Of a stretch of DNA of 64,000 nt, positions 44,319 through 53,197 are shown piece by piece. Every line of letters begins with the position of its first letter. Within the stretch, counting starts at the first letter, position 1. Under the pieces are notes generated by a model, which was not told the origin of the DNA, did not search any database, and saw only the letters and a list, made by a program, of their open reading frames with translations. This DNA is from Gemmatimonadales bacterium. GTDB lineage: Bacteria > Gemmatimonadota > Gemmatimonadetes > Gemmatimonadales > GWC2-71-9. The stretch lies in contig JBFXAY010000008.1 in NCBI GenBank assembly GCA_050183815.1, positions 4,451 through 68,450 of the forward strand, read 5' to 3'. Made by a program: the position numbers and the translations under genes.

Positions 44319-45363
44319 CGGTGCCGTGCTCCGGGTCGAAGGTGATGCGCGCGGTCACCCAGCCGTCGTGTTCCTCGAGTGCGAAGGCGTCCGGCCCGTT
44401 TCCGGCCGCGGCCAGACGCGCCGCGACGTTCCGGAGCCCGATCCTGCCGCCCGAGCCCGCCGCGCTCGGGACGCCGAGGCGGCCGGGATTCTCCACCTCG
44501 AGGACGGCGCCGTGCCCGGCCGGAAAGGCCCGGACCCGGACCGTCACGGCACCGTCGGGCTCCGGCGTCGAGTGCCGGATGGCATTCTCCACCAGCGGCT
44601 GGAGAATGAACGTCGGCACCTCGAGGTCGCGGACCGCGGGATCGCACTCGACCGAGGCGCGGAGCCGGTCTTCGAACCGGATCCGCTCGATCGAGAGATA
44701 CCGGTCCATCATCGCGAGTTCTTCGGACAACGGGCGCCGCGGCCCGGTGCGCGGATCGAGCGTCGCCCGGAGGAAGCCCGCCAGTTCGCCGACCACCCGC
44801 CGGGCGATCTCCGGGTTCTCCCCGATCAGCGCCCGCAGGGTGGTGAGCGCATTGAAGAGAAAGTGGGGATTGAGCTGGTACCGGAGGGTCTCGAGGTGGG
44901 CGTCCTTCGCCAGCACGGCCGCCTCCGCCAGCTGCCGCTCCCGCTCGGCCACCTCGCGCCAGGACTGCACGGCCAATGAGCCGCCGCTGAACGCCACCAG
45001 GAAGCAGAAGTTGTTGAGGAGCACGAACGGAATGCTCGCGGAAGAATAGAGCGCCGCGGCGCCGCCCGGGAGGAACAACCCGGCCACCGCGTCGAGCACG
45101 ACGTACCAGACCCCGGTCAGGACCAGCGAGGCGACCGCCACGACACCGATCAACCGGGCTTTCGGCACTCCGGCGAGCCACCGGGCGCCGAACAACCACA
45201 TCAGCGCCTGGCCCGATCCGAATCCGCCCAGCGCCCAGCCCAGCTTGAACAGCAGCAACCGGCCGGGCGGCAGATTGGTCAGCGGCATGATGGCGAGGTA
45301 GTAGATCAACCCGCAGCCAAGCCATCCGGCCAGTTGAAGCCGCCACTGCCGCTGATCTCTCAT
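44293..45363 (-). CDS. LytS/YehU-type sensor histidine kinase (His_kinase PF06580 + HATPase)
   Basis: Multi-TM N-terminus, LRYQLNPHFLFNAL H-box and an HATPase region QPLVENAIRHS. Overlaps the response-regulator start by 26 nt. Confidence 0.85.
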   Translation of the reverse strand: MRDQRQWRLQLAGWLGCGLIYYLAIMPLTNLPPGRLLLFKLGWALGGFGSGQALMWLFGARWLAGVPKARLIGVVAVASLVLTGVWYVVLDAVAGLFLPGGAAALYSSASIPFVLLNNFCFLVAFSGGSLAVQSWREVAERERQLAEAAVLAKDAHLETLRYQLNPHFLFNALTTLRALIGENPEIARRVVGELAGFLRATLDPRTGPRRPLSEELAMMDRYLSIERIRFEDRLRASVECDPAVRDLEVPTFILQPLVENAIRHSTPEPDGAVTVRVRAFPAGHGAVLEVENPGRLGVPSAAGSGGRIGLRNVAARLAAAGNGPDAFALEEHDGWVTARITFDPEHGTDGHSRADR

Positions 45364-45459
45364 CACGCCGATTCCGCGCTCGGGTGGGTCGAATTTGGCC
45401 GCAGGAGCGGTCCGGGGCCAGTTGCCGCCGCGCGGCTCCAGACCCCGGCCGCGTCGGCA

Positions 45460-45927
45460 TCAGACCGCGCCGGGCAGCCCCAGTGCCCGTCGGAGCATCG
45501 CGACCTGGCCCACGTGGTACGCCTCGTGGTTGGCCAGGCCCCGCAGAGGTTTACCGAGGTCGGCGGCGGCCGCGGCCGGCAGCGCATCCAGGCCCTCGAG
45601 GAGCGCGTGGGTCACCTGGCGGTGAATCGCCATGAGCCGATCGAGCGTCCAGCCGGTGACGGCAGGCGCCGGACCGCGCGCCTGCCCCTTGAAGATCTCG
45701 GCCTCGGCGTCGGTCCAGAGGGGCGGCGCACCGGTCATCCCGAGCAGCGCGTTCCGCCAGTAGGCGATGTGGCCGACGACCCAGAGCACCGAGTTCGCGC
45801 CGTCGATCGGCTGGCGGCCGGCCTGGTCGGCAGCCATGCCGTCGAGATTGACCCGCAACAGGTGATCGTTCATCCGGAGAACTTCGGCCACGGCAGTGGC
45901 GACGGACGGGGTAACGGATGCAGTCAT
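45460..45927 (-). CDS. DinB-family protein
   Basis: Track ORF trimmed to ATG 45927 (ATGA overlap with the upstream stop). DinB His pattern (VVGHIAYW, NHEAYHVGQVAMLRR). Confidence 0.75.
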   Translation of the reverse strand: MTASVTPSVATAVAEVLRMNDHLLRVNLDGMAADQAGRQPIDGANSVLWVVGHIAYWRNALLGMTGAPPLWTDAEAEIFKGQARGPAPAVTGWTLDRLMAIHRQVTHALLEGLDALPAAAAADLGKPLRGLANHEAYHVGQVAMLRRALGLPGAV

Positions 45928-46391
45928 GAGGTGACTCCTCGGGCCTCGAAGGCCATGGGGGACGGCTGGCGCCGGGCGAGCGTGGTCAGCAACGCGGCCG
46001 GGACGAACAGGCCGATCCCGACGAGCCCGTCGCTCCAGGCCATGTGGCCCGGCAACAGCAGAAACAGGGCAAGATTCACGTCGACGGCGCCGACGATGAG
46101 CAGATTGAGCCAGTAGCCGCGCGTGTCGTTGTTCCAGTTGAGCCGCGCCAGGGCCGCGACGAGCACGCCGAAGACGACGATGTTGGCGGCACCCATGCCC
46201 ATGAAGGCGGCCGCGGGTGCGACGATCGGTGTCGCCGGATCGACCGGCGACGCGGAACTGATCATCGCTGCGAGGGCTCCGCCCCCGCCCTGCCGCAACG
46301 CCGCCAGCTGAGCCAGGCCGCCCACGACGTGGATCAAACCCCAGAGGAAGTAACAAGCGGCGCCGGCCTTGGCCGCGCGGGAACCAGGCAT
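45924..46391 (-). CDS. Hypothetical 4-TM membrane protein
   Basis: Track ORF trimmed to ATG 46391 (GGGAGA upstream). Hydrophobic helices throughout. Confidence 0.55.
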   Translation of the reverse strand: MPGSRAAKAGAACYFLWGLIHVVGGLAQLAALRQGGGGALAAMISSASPVDPATPIVAPAAAFMGMGAANIVVFGVLVAALARLNWNNDTRGYWLNLLIVGAVDVNLALFLLLPGHMAWSDGLVGIGLFVPAALLTTLARRQPSPMAFEARGVTS

Positions 46392-46561
46392 CGGTGTCTC
46401 CCGGTGTGGGTCGGCGGCCGCATTCGGGGCATCTGCTCGAAGGGACCGCGCGAGGACACCCCCAAGGAACGGTCGGCCACTGAAGGAACCCAGCGGTCGT
46501 CGCCGGGCGGCGGCGGGTTTCGCCGGACGGCGGCCCGAATCGCCGAGCGGTGAGGCGGGCG

Positions 46562-47755
46562 TCATCGCCCCGGCAGGGCGAGGTCGAGTCGCGATCCGGC
46601 GCGGAGCAGGCGGAAGACCACCGGGACCGGGCTCCGAATCAGCTCGGCCAACGACTCCTGCGTCAGCTCGGCCACCGGCCGATCGTTGATGGCGGTGATC
46701 TCGTCGCCCACCCGAAGCCCGATCGTTTCGGCCAGGGAACCGGGTTGCACCAGCTCCACCCGGATCCGTTCGCCGCCGCCGAGAAACCCGAGAGCCGCAC
46801 CGAGCCGCCGGGGCTCGCCACCGGGCGCCGGCGTCGGCCCGGGAGGACCGAGGACGATGTCCGCCGGTCCGTCCCGGGTCAGCCGAAGCCGCCCGGTTCC
46901 CTGGTCGAGCGTCACCGCGAAGTGCCGGAGGGCACCGCTCCCGAGCACCGCCGCCTGCGGGAGCTGGCTTGGCAGCGACCGAACGACGAGAAACGGCCCC
47001 GGAAAGCGGTAGCGGCCGATCCGGATGTCGCCCGCCAGGACGCCGCCGCGGACCTCGGTCGCGGCGATTGCGACGCCCCGGGCCGTTCCGACCACCCGCA
47101 GCGGCTCGGTGAATCGAACCGAGTCGGCGGTCGCCGGCACCAGGCCGACCGTGCCGCTCGATCGGGTGTCGAGCACCGCACTCGTCTCGAGGCCGCCGAT
47201 CGTCAGGGGCACGGTGAAGAAGGGACCGACCCGGCCGAGGGCCAGCACCTCGCGCCCCTCGGGCTCGGGCAACCGGCCCAGCGAGAGCGTCAGCGTGCGC
47301 CGCGGATAGTCGATCGTGAACAGAACCTGGAAGAAGAACGGCAAGCCGAGAATGCCGTCGACGCCGGCCGCCGCGCGGGGCAATTCGACCACGGGCACTC
47401 CGAGAAAACCCGCCCCGGGCATCGTGATCGAGTCAGCTCGGAAGCCATCGAAGTTCCGGCGCGACTCCCGTGTGAGGCGAAGCGAGTCGGCCAGCCCCGG
47501 CCGGAATCCGATGACGGCAGCCCCGGTCTCGACGCCGAACCGGAACGGACCCTTGCCGTTGATCAGCACCTCGACGACCGGCAGCGGTGCGCCTGCCGGT
47601 CCGTTGGCCGCCACCAGAGGAATCACCGGGCTCCCGTCGAGCCGGACCGCGCGGGGGCCGGGCGGGTCGGGCGCTCCCTGCCCGACCGCCGGGTTGCGAA
47701 CACCCTGGCACGACCACAGCAGTCCGGCCACGCCCAACCAGCGAAGCGTCCTCAT
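46562..47755 (-). CDS. Secreted tandem retropepsin-like (aspartyl-protease fold) protein with C-terminal PDZ domain
   Basis: Track ORF trimmed to ATG 47755 (ATGA overlap). Two lobes match the bacterial retropepsin pattern (INGKGPFRFGVETGAAV ... DGILGLPFF and TIGGLETSAVLDTRSSGTV ... AVLGSGALRHF), followed by a PDZ domain (GLRVGDEITAING). Confidence 0.7.
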   Translation of the reverse strand: MRTLRWLGVAGLLWSCQGVRNPAVGQGAPDPPGPRAVRLDGSPVIPLVAANGPAGAPLPVVEVLINGKGPFRFGVETGAAVIGFRPGLADSLRLTRESRRNFDGFRADSITMPGAGFLGVPVVELPRAAAGVDGILGLPFFFQVLFTIDYPRRTLTLSLGRLPEPEGREVLALGRVGPFFTVPLTIGGLETSAVLDTRSSGTVGLVPATADSVRFTEPLRVVGTARGVAIAATEVRGGVLAGDIRIGRYRFPGPFLVVRSLPSQLPQAAVLGSGALRHFAVTLDQGTGRLRLTRDGPADIVLGPPGPTPAPGGEPRRLGAALGFLGGGERIRVELVQPGSLAETIGLRVGDEITAINDRPVAELTQESLAELIRSPVPVVFRLLRAGSRLDLALPGR

Positions 47756-48987
47756 CGCGAAGGGTCCAGACTGCGGGACGCCTCCGGCCGCCCGAACCGA
47801 AGCCCGGCGGCACTCGGGAGCAACTCGGCCATCACGGTGCGGAACCGCGTCCCGCCGGCCACGCCGGATCCCGGCTGCCGATGATTGCCGAACTCCGCCA
47901 GCGGACCGAATTCGAAGGGCGTGGTCTCGCCGGCCGGCAGCGCCCGGACCGGCGCCCCGTCGGGCCCGAGTTCGATCGCCAGAATCGAGACCCCGTCCTC
48001 CCGAACGTCGAGCCAGCCGGCGCGGGAGCCGTCGAGGACGCCGAAACTGAGCCGGGGATCCCGCGCGGCAATCCGGTGAATCGTTCGCTCGAACTGGCCG
48101 CGATAGAGCGCCTGTTCGCGGACCACGCGCTCCGCCGCCCAATCCGTCACGGTGGCGACCTCGCCGACGTTCCGCGTCGCGGTCCAGCCCCGGTTGCCGT
48201 CGAAGATCCGGACCTGCTCCCGGGAGGGCGTCCGCACCCACGAGATCGTCCCGGGCCGGTCCCACCGGGTCCACAATTCGACGATGTAGTTCCCTCCCCC
48301 CTGGGGCGATTCAATGACCGCGAGGATATGATCGACCACGCCGGCCGCCCAGACCTCGCGGCCGCCGATCACACTCATCATCCGGGCGGCCAGCGAGTCG
48401 CCTGAGGGCTGGGTCCGCGGCCGGCTCCACGGGGGGACGACGCCGTTGGCGCGAGCGTAGGCGATCAACTGCCCGAGATGCTCGTGCTGATCGACGAGCA
48501 TCGTGAGCGCGATCCGGCTCGCGGGGGCCTCGCCGCCGAAGAACGGGTGCGGCGCACCGAGCGTCGTTGCCGGCGCCGAGGCCCAGGCGGTACGGTTCAC
48601 CTCGAACGACGCCTTGAGCAGGGACACGATCGTGGTTTTCGACGCGGTGTCGAGGGCGGTCCGGATCGCGGCGAAGCCGTTCTGCCCGGCGACAAAGCCC
48701 GGCAGCGGTGCGGTCGCGAACGATTCCGGCATCAGCGCCCCATTCTCGCCGATCAGCACCGCAAAGACCTCACGCACCGACCGGACCCCCGGCCCGGGGC
48801 GCCAGTCGTAGTGCGCCGGATCGAACGCCTCCGCCAGGGCGAGAAACTTTCCCGCCGTCCGGTCGAAGTCCGCGAGGAACGCGGTCCGCATCCCCGGTTC
48901 GAATTCCTGCGCGGCGGCGGGCCGGAGCACCGCGAAGCTCGGAAGAGCGAGGCACAATAATCGAGCGAGAACGAAACGGTGGCGCAT
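47752..48987 (-). CDS. Secreted DinB-domain fusion protein (N-terminal DinB, C-terminal unknown ~200-aa domain)
   Basis: Track ORF trimmed to ATG 48987 (GGGAG upstream). Signal peptide ...FAVLRPAAAQE. DinB signature LVDQHEHLGQLIAYAR. The C-terminal half was not recognised. Confidence 0.65.
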   Translation of the reverse strand: MRHRFVLARLLCLALPSFAVLRPAAAQEFEPGMRTAFLADFDRTAGKFLALAEAFDPAHYDWRPGPGVRSVREVFAVLIGENGALMPESFATAPLPGFVAGQNGFAAIRTALDTASKTTIVSLLKASFEVNRTAWASAPATTLGAPHPFFGGEAPASRIALTMLVDQHEHLGQLIAYARANGVVPPWSRPRTQPSGDSLAARMMSVIGGREVWAAGVVDHILAVIESPQGGGNYIVELWTRWDRPGTISWVRTPSREQVRIFDGNRGWTATRNVGEVATVTDWAAERVVREQALYRGQFERTIHRIAARDPRLSFGVLDGSRAGWLDVREDGVSILAIELGPDGAPVRALPAGETTPFEFGPLAEFGNHRQPGSGVAGGTRFRTVMAELLPSAAGLRFGRPEASRSLDPSR

Positions 48988-49192
48988 GGGTGCTCCCGGG
49001 TTGGTCGGTCGTTGGGGCGAACGCCTCAACGCTACGGAACCACCGGAAACGACCAACGACCTTTCGGCGAGCGGTCGATACCGCCGCCGGGCGGGAAACA
49101 TCGATCGACCACGCTGCGGACCGGCGTCGCCGCCGGCTCGGATTGGAGATGGTGCTTTTGCCGGACAGGCGCCGGCATCGGAACGAACCGAC

Positions 49193-50308
49193 CTACAGCA
49201 GCCGAACCAGCCAGTCGCCCACGAAATAGCCGACCGCCGCCACTCCGAGACCAACGACGAACATGTCGAAGCCGCTCCGGAACACCCCTCGGCCGGTGAA
49301 CAGGCTGCGCGCGGCACCGACCAGGAAATGGCTGGCCATCGCGAGCGCGAACGACGTCCAGATCGCCCAGGCCCCGGTGCTCACCAGCAGGGGCGCCACC
49401 GGGATCAGGGCGCCGATCAGCGTCGCGGTGCCGGTTACCAGCGCCTCGCGCATCGGGGTCGTGTTCGGATCGCCGATGCCGAGTTCCTCGCGCACCTTGG
49501 CCTCGAGGGCGCGCTCCGGATCGGCCATGACCACCCGCGACATCCGTTCGGCCTCGGCCTCGGGAATGCCCTTCGCCTGATAGATCAGCGACAGCTCTTC
49601 GCGTTCGAGTTCCGGCATCAGCCGGATTTCCTCGCGCTCCATCGCGATCTCGTGCTCGAAGACTTCCCGCTCGCTCTTGGCCGCGAGATAGCCGGAGGAC
49701 CCCATCGACAACGCATCCGCGAGCGCCCCGGCCAGGCCCGCGACCACGACCGCATGCCCCGCGGTGGCCAGCGAACCCTGTGCCCCGATCATCCCGGCCA
49801 GCAGGCCGAAGTTCGCGGTCAGTCCGTCGTTGAACCCGTAGACGACGTTCCGGAGGAAGCCGCCGGCCTCGGCCCGATGCCATGGCTCTCCGGACCGGCC
49901 CGAGAGATGGGCTAGATGCTCGGCATGCTGCTTCGACTCCCGGGCCAGGTCCAGGGCGGCGTCCCGGGCCGGGCCGGCCCCGGTCCGTTCGTGCAGGTCG
50001 AGGTAGCCCTTCACCTCCCGGCCCTCCTCGGCCAGCAGGAGGGGCAGCAGGAACCGGGGACCGAACCAGCCGACCAGCCGGGCCAGCATCCGGGCCCGCC
50101 CGGTCGGCCCGGGGACCTCCACCGAATGGCCGGCTTCGGCCAGGAGCCGGCGCCAGACCTCGACGTGGCGGTCCTCGACCTCGGCCAGTTTCGTGTAAGT
50201 CCTTGTCTTTTCAGGGTTTGCCTCTACCGAAGCCAGCCGACGGTAGAGAAAGGCCGCGTCGGCCTCATCCTGGAGGTGCTCCAGCCACTCTGCGGGGGCG
50301 TTGGCCAT
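49193..50308 (-). CDS. Erythrin-VIT1 (MbfA-like) iron exporter: N-terminal ferritin-like domain fused to a VIT1/CCC1 membrane domain
   Basis: ATG 50308 (GAGGA upstream). Ferritin-like E..H pairs (EVEDRHVEVW, ESKQHAEHL) and VIT1 motifs (VYGFNDGLTANFGL, SMGSSGYLA). Confidence 0.85.
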   Translation of the reverse strand: MANAPAEWLEHLQDEADAAFLYRRLASVEANPEKTRTYTKLAEVEDRHVEVWRRLLAEAGHSVEVPGPTGRARMLARLVGWFGPRFLLPLLLAEEGREVKGYLDLHERTGAGPARDAALDLARESKQHAEHLAHLSGRSGEPWHRAEAGGFLRNVVYGFNDGLTANFGLLAGMIGAQGSLATAGHAVVVAGLAGALADALSMGSSGYLAAKSEREVFEHEIAMEREEIRLMPELEREELSLIYQAKGIPEAEAERMSRVVMADPERALEAKVREELGIGDPNTTPMREALVTGTATLIGALIPVAPLLVSTGAWAIWTSFALAMASHFLVGAARSLFTGRGVFRSGFDMFVVGLGVAAVGYFVGDWLVRLL

Positions 50309-50375
50309 ATCCTCAATCTGCAACCAATGCTACCGTTTAGGCATCATTTCGGACGTGCCGACAGGAACACTCTCC

Positions 50376-50912
50376 ATGGACGCCTACCGGCTGGCCAACG
50401 CCGATACGGTGCTGCCGGCGCTTCGGGCCGGCAACCCCGAAGCGCAGGAAGCACTGTTCCGCGCTTTCGAGGCGCCGGTCTACAACCTGGCCCGGCGGAT
50501 CTGCCGGACCACGGAAGATGCGGAAGACGTCCTCCAGGAGACCTTCCTCGAGGTGTTCCGCAGCATCCGGCAGTTCCGCGGCGACGGCAGCCTCTGGGGC
50601 TGGGTCCGCACCGTGGCGGCGTCGAAGGCGTTGATGCGCCTCCGCCGGAACAAATACCGCGACACCGACGAGCTGGCCGACGACGTGGCCCCGAGCCGCC
50701 GCGAGGACACCGTCCTCCGGATGGACCTCGAGGCGGCACTCGAGCGCCTCTCGGAAACCTCGCGCGCCGTGGTCTGGCTCCACGACGTCGAGGGCTACAC
50801 CCACGAAGAAATCGCCGCCATGATGGACCGGACCGTGAGCTTCTCCAAGTCCCAGCTGGCGCGGGCCCATGCCCGGCTCCGTCGCTGGCTCGGCGAGGAG
50901 GCGATCCCATGA
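50376..50912 (+). CDS. ECF-type RNA polymerase sigma factor
   Basis: Track ORF trimmed to ATG 50376. Region 2 EDAEDVLQETFLEVF, WGWVRTVA. Region 4 YTHEEIAAMMDRTVSFSKSQLARA. Confidence 0.85.
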   Translation: MDAYRLANADTVLPALRAGNPEAQEALFRAFEAPVYNLARRICRTTEDAEDVLQETFLEVFRSIRQFRGDGSLWGWVRTVAASKALMRLRRNKYRDTDELADDVAPSRREDTVLRMDLEAALERLSETSRAVVWLHDVEGYTHEEIAAMMDRTVSFSKSQLARAHARLRRWLGEEAIP

Positions 50913-51514
50913 CCCACCTGACCGTCGAACAACTGCTCGCCACGCGCGAACCGGGACTCGAACCCGGTGTCCGGGGCTGGCGCGAACATCTCGAATCCTG
51001 CGCGGACTGCCGGCACGAACTCGACCGGCTCGATCAGCGGGTGGCCCGCCTCAAGGCGCTGCCCACCCTGCGCCCCTCGCGCGATCTCTTCGGCAGCGTC
51101 CGGTTCCAGGCGGCCCGCGAGCGCCGGGCGGCCCGGGTTCGCCGGGTAGCCATCGGCGGTGTCGCTCTGGCCGCGTCGCTGGTGCTCACCGTGCTGGTCA
51201 CCCGTCCCTCGACCGATCGCACCCTCGTTGCAGCGGACGCCGAACTCGCGGAAGTGATGAGCCGGTCCCAGCAGCTCGAAACCGCGCTGAGCGGGTTCGA
51301 CCCCGACCGTCAGGTGGTGGACGGCCGCGCGGTCGCGGTCACGTCGTCGCTCGAGGAACGGCTCGCCCGGGTAGACCGGCAGATCGAGGCGGTCGGGTTG
51401 CTCAACCGCGAGAGCCGGCAGGATCAGATGCTTCGGTTGTGGCGCGAGCGGGTCGGGCTGCTCGACGCCCTGGTGGATGTCCACCTCACTGGTGCCCGAT
51501 ACGTGGGGTTCTGA
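50909..51514 (+). CDS. Anti-sigma factor, zf-HC2 type, single TM
   Basis: ATGA overlap with the sigma stop. H-x3-C-x2-C motif (HLESCADC) and one TM (IGGVALAASLVLTVLV). Confidence 0.75.
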   Translation: MTHLTVEQLLATREPGLEPGVRGWREHLESCADCRHELDRLDQRVARLKALPTLRPSRDLFGSVRFQAARERRAARVRRVAIGGVALAASLVLTVLVTRPSTDRTLVAADAELAEVMSRSQQLETALSGFDPDRQVVDGRAVAVTSSLEERLARVDRQIEAVGLLNRESRQDQMLRLWRERVGLLDALVDVHLTGARYVGF

Positions 51515-51533
51515 ACGCCCCGAGGAGTCATAG

Positions 51534-52430
51534 ATGCGAAGAATGAATCGTACCCTGGTGGTCGCCGGCCTCGGCGCTCTGATGACGCTGCCGCTCGCCG
51601 CGCAGGATCCGGGACGGGTCGAGGTCCGGCGGAACGGCCCTCAGGCCCGGGTCTGGATCAACGGCAAGGAAGTCGATCCGATGGACTGGGTCGCCAACCG
51701 GCGCGCCCGGATCGGCGTGACCCTCGACATGAACGCCACCGAGAATGATTCGGTCGGCGCCACGATCAGTTCGGTCACGCCCGGCGGCCCGGCCGCCAAG
51801 GCGGGCATTCGGGCCGGCGACGTGGTCACCCGGCTCAACGGCCAGCGGCTGCTCCGGCCGGAACGCCCGTCGGACGACGAGGGTTCCCTTGCCGCACTCC
51901 AGCTGATCGAACTGATGGCCAAGGTCGAACCGGGCGACACGGTCCGGATCGACTACCGGCGCGGAAAGGACACCCGCACGGCCAGCATCGTCACCGACGC
52001 CGAGCGGTCGCTGATCAGCCGGGACTTCGGCGACGGCGCCTTCAGCTTCCGGATGCCGTCCTTCGACGACGAACCGGACGGCCCCTCGCTCCGCCGGATG
52101 ATCCCTCTGGCACCCGAGGGCGACGGCCGGAACTTCGCGTTCGGCTTCGGCGGCCCCTTCGCCGATCTCGAACTGGCCCCGATCAATCCCGATCTGGGCG
52201 CCTACTTCGGCACCTCGGAAGGCGTGCTCGTCATCGACACGCCCGCCCGGAACTCGCTCGGCCTCAAGGGCGGCGACGTGATCCTCTCGATCGACGGCCG
52301 GAAGGCGCGCGGCCCGGCGAGCCTCCTCCGGATCCTCCGTTCCTACGAGAACGGCGAGGTGATCAAACTCGAGATCCTCCGGAACAAGAGCCGGCAGACG
52401 ATCAGCAGCAAGATCGAGCGCGACGACTGA
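51534..52430 (+). CDS. Secreted double-PDZ domain protein (no protease domain)
   Basis: SD GAGGAG upstream. Signal peptide. Two PDZ-like segments (GGPAAKAGIRAGDVVTRLNG and GLKGGDVILSIDG). Confidence 0.75.
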   Translation: MRRMNRTLVVAGLGALMTLPLAAQDPGRVEVRRNGPQARVWINGKEVDPMDWVANRRARIGVTLDMNATENDSVGATISSVTPGGPAAKAGIRAGDVVTRLNGQRLLRPERPSDDEGSLAALQLIELMAKVEPGDTVRIDYRRGKDTRTASIVTDAERSLISRDFGDGAFSFRMPSFDDEPDGPSLRRMIPLAPEGDGRNFAFGFGGPFADLELAPINPDLGAYFGTSEGVLVIDTPARNSLGLKGGDVILSIDGRKARGPASLLRILRSYENGEVIKLEILRNKSRQTISSKIERDD

Positions 52431-52457
52431 TCGCTGGTTGGCGGCGGATCGGTCGGC

Positions 52458-52489
52458 GGGGTGGCGCGAGCCACCCCGTTTGCGTTTTC
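52458..52489 (+). terminator. Rho-independent terminator of the ECF / anti-sigma / PDZ operon
   Basis: GGGGTGGC-GCGA-GCCACCCC followed by GTTTGCGTTTTC. Confidence 0.7.
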
Positions 52490-52524
52490 GGCAGCGCGGA
52501 ACTGGCGCCCGCCAAGTGACGGAC

Positions 52525-52530
52525 TAGCTT
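52525..52530 (+). promoter_or_regulatory. -10-like hexamer TAGCTT, 7 nt upstream of TetR ATG (leaderless candidate)
   Basis: GGACTAGCTTCCGGGCC-ATG with no SD. Confidence 0.35.
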
Positions 52531-52537
52531 CCGGGCC

Positions 52538-53197
52538 ATGCCCGCACCGCTCGCTCATCCGCCGCGCCGAACCTGGAAACGACGGAGCGAGGACCGACCG
52601 GCCGAGTTGCAGGCGGCAGCCCTGCGGCTGTTCGCCACTCGCGGCTACGGCGGCGCCACGATGGAGGACATCGCGCGCGAGGCCGGGGTCACCGTCGGCA
52701 CGGTGTATCGCTACTTCCGCGACAAGGACGCGCTCCGCGAGTCGCTGCTCGATTGGGTCGGGCGCGAACCGCTGCTGGACGCGGAGACCGAGAAGGGCCC
52801 GCTGCCCCGGCTCCTCGAGTCGATCTGGCACGCCTCCCGGCGCACCCCGCACGCCGAACTGCTCCGGCTGCTGGTGGCCGAGGGCGGCGCGGCCTCGGAG
52901 CTGGTCACGCGCTATCGGGCCCTCGCGCTGGCACCCGCGGAACAGGCCCTGGCGGCCCTGCTGCCGGCCGACGCGGATCACGCCCTCGCCGAGGCCCGCA
53001 GTGCCTTGGGATCACTCCTGGGCGCGAGCCTGCTGGCCGGCGCACCCGCCGCGGGCGAGCCGCTGGTACCCCAAGCCGCCCCGGAGCTCATCACCCTGCC
53101 GGCCATCGCCCGCGGCCTCGGCACGGCGCCGGCACCGCCCCCGCCGACGACCGCGCCCGAACCGCCACCCACGTACCTCGGACCCGATTCCTGGTGA
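52538..53197 (+). CDS. TetR/AcrR-family transcriptional regulator
   Basis: HTH LRLFATRGYGGATMEDIAREAGVTVGTVYRYFRDKDAL. Confidence 0.85.
   Translation: MPAPLAHPPRRTWKRRSEDRPAELQAAALRLFATRGYGGATMEDIAREAGVTVGTVYRYFRDKDALRESLLDWVGREPLLDAETEKGPLPRLLESIWHASRRTPHAELLRLLVAEGGAASELVTRYRALALAPAEQALAALLPADADHALAEARSALGSLLGASLLAGAPAAGEPLVPQAAPELITLPAIARGLGTAPAPPPPTTAPEPPPTYLGPDSW

Noticed and set aside
48995-49070. Inverted repeat GGTCGTTGG ... CCAACGACC (9 bp, about 40-nt loop) in the mbfA / DinB-operon spacer, considered as a possible small RNA or tRNA-like element
   Set aside because: There is no cloverleaf, no conserved tRNA/tmRNA/SRP boxes and no flanking promoter/terminator pair. The long loop makes a stable structure doubtful. 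It may be a protein-binding site, but the evidence is too thin.
49141-49180. Hairpin GCCGG-ACAGGCG-CCGGC next to a TTTT run just downstream of the mbfA-like stop
   Set aside because: The T-run is on the wrong side for the minus-strand gene: the transcript would read hairpin then AAAA. There is no plus-strand gene for it to terminate, so it is not a convincing intrinsic terminator.
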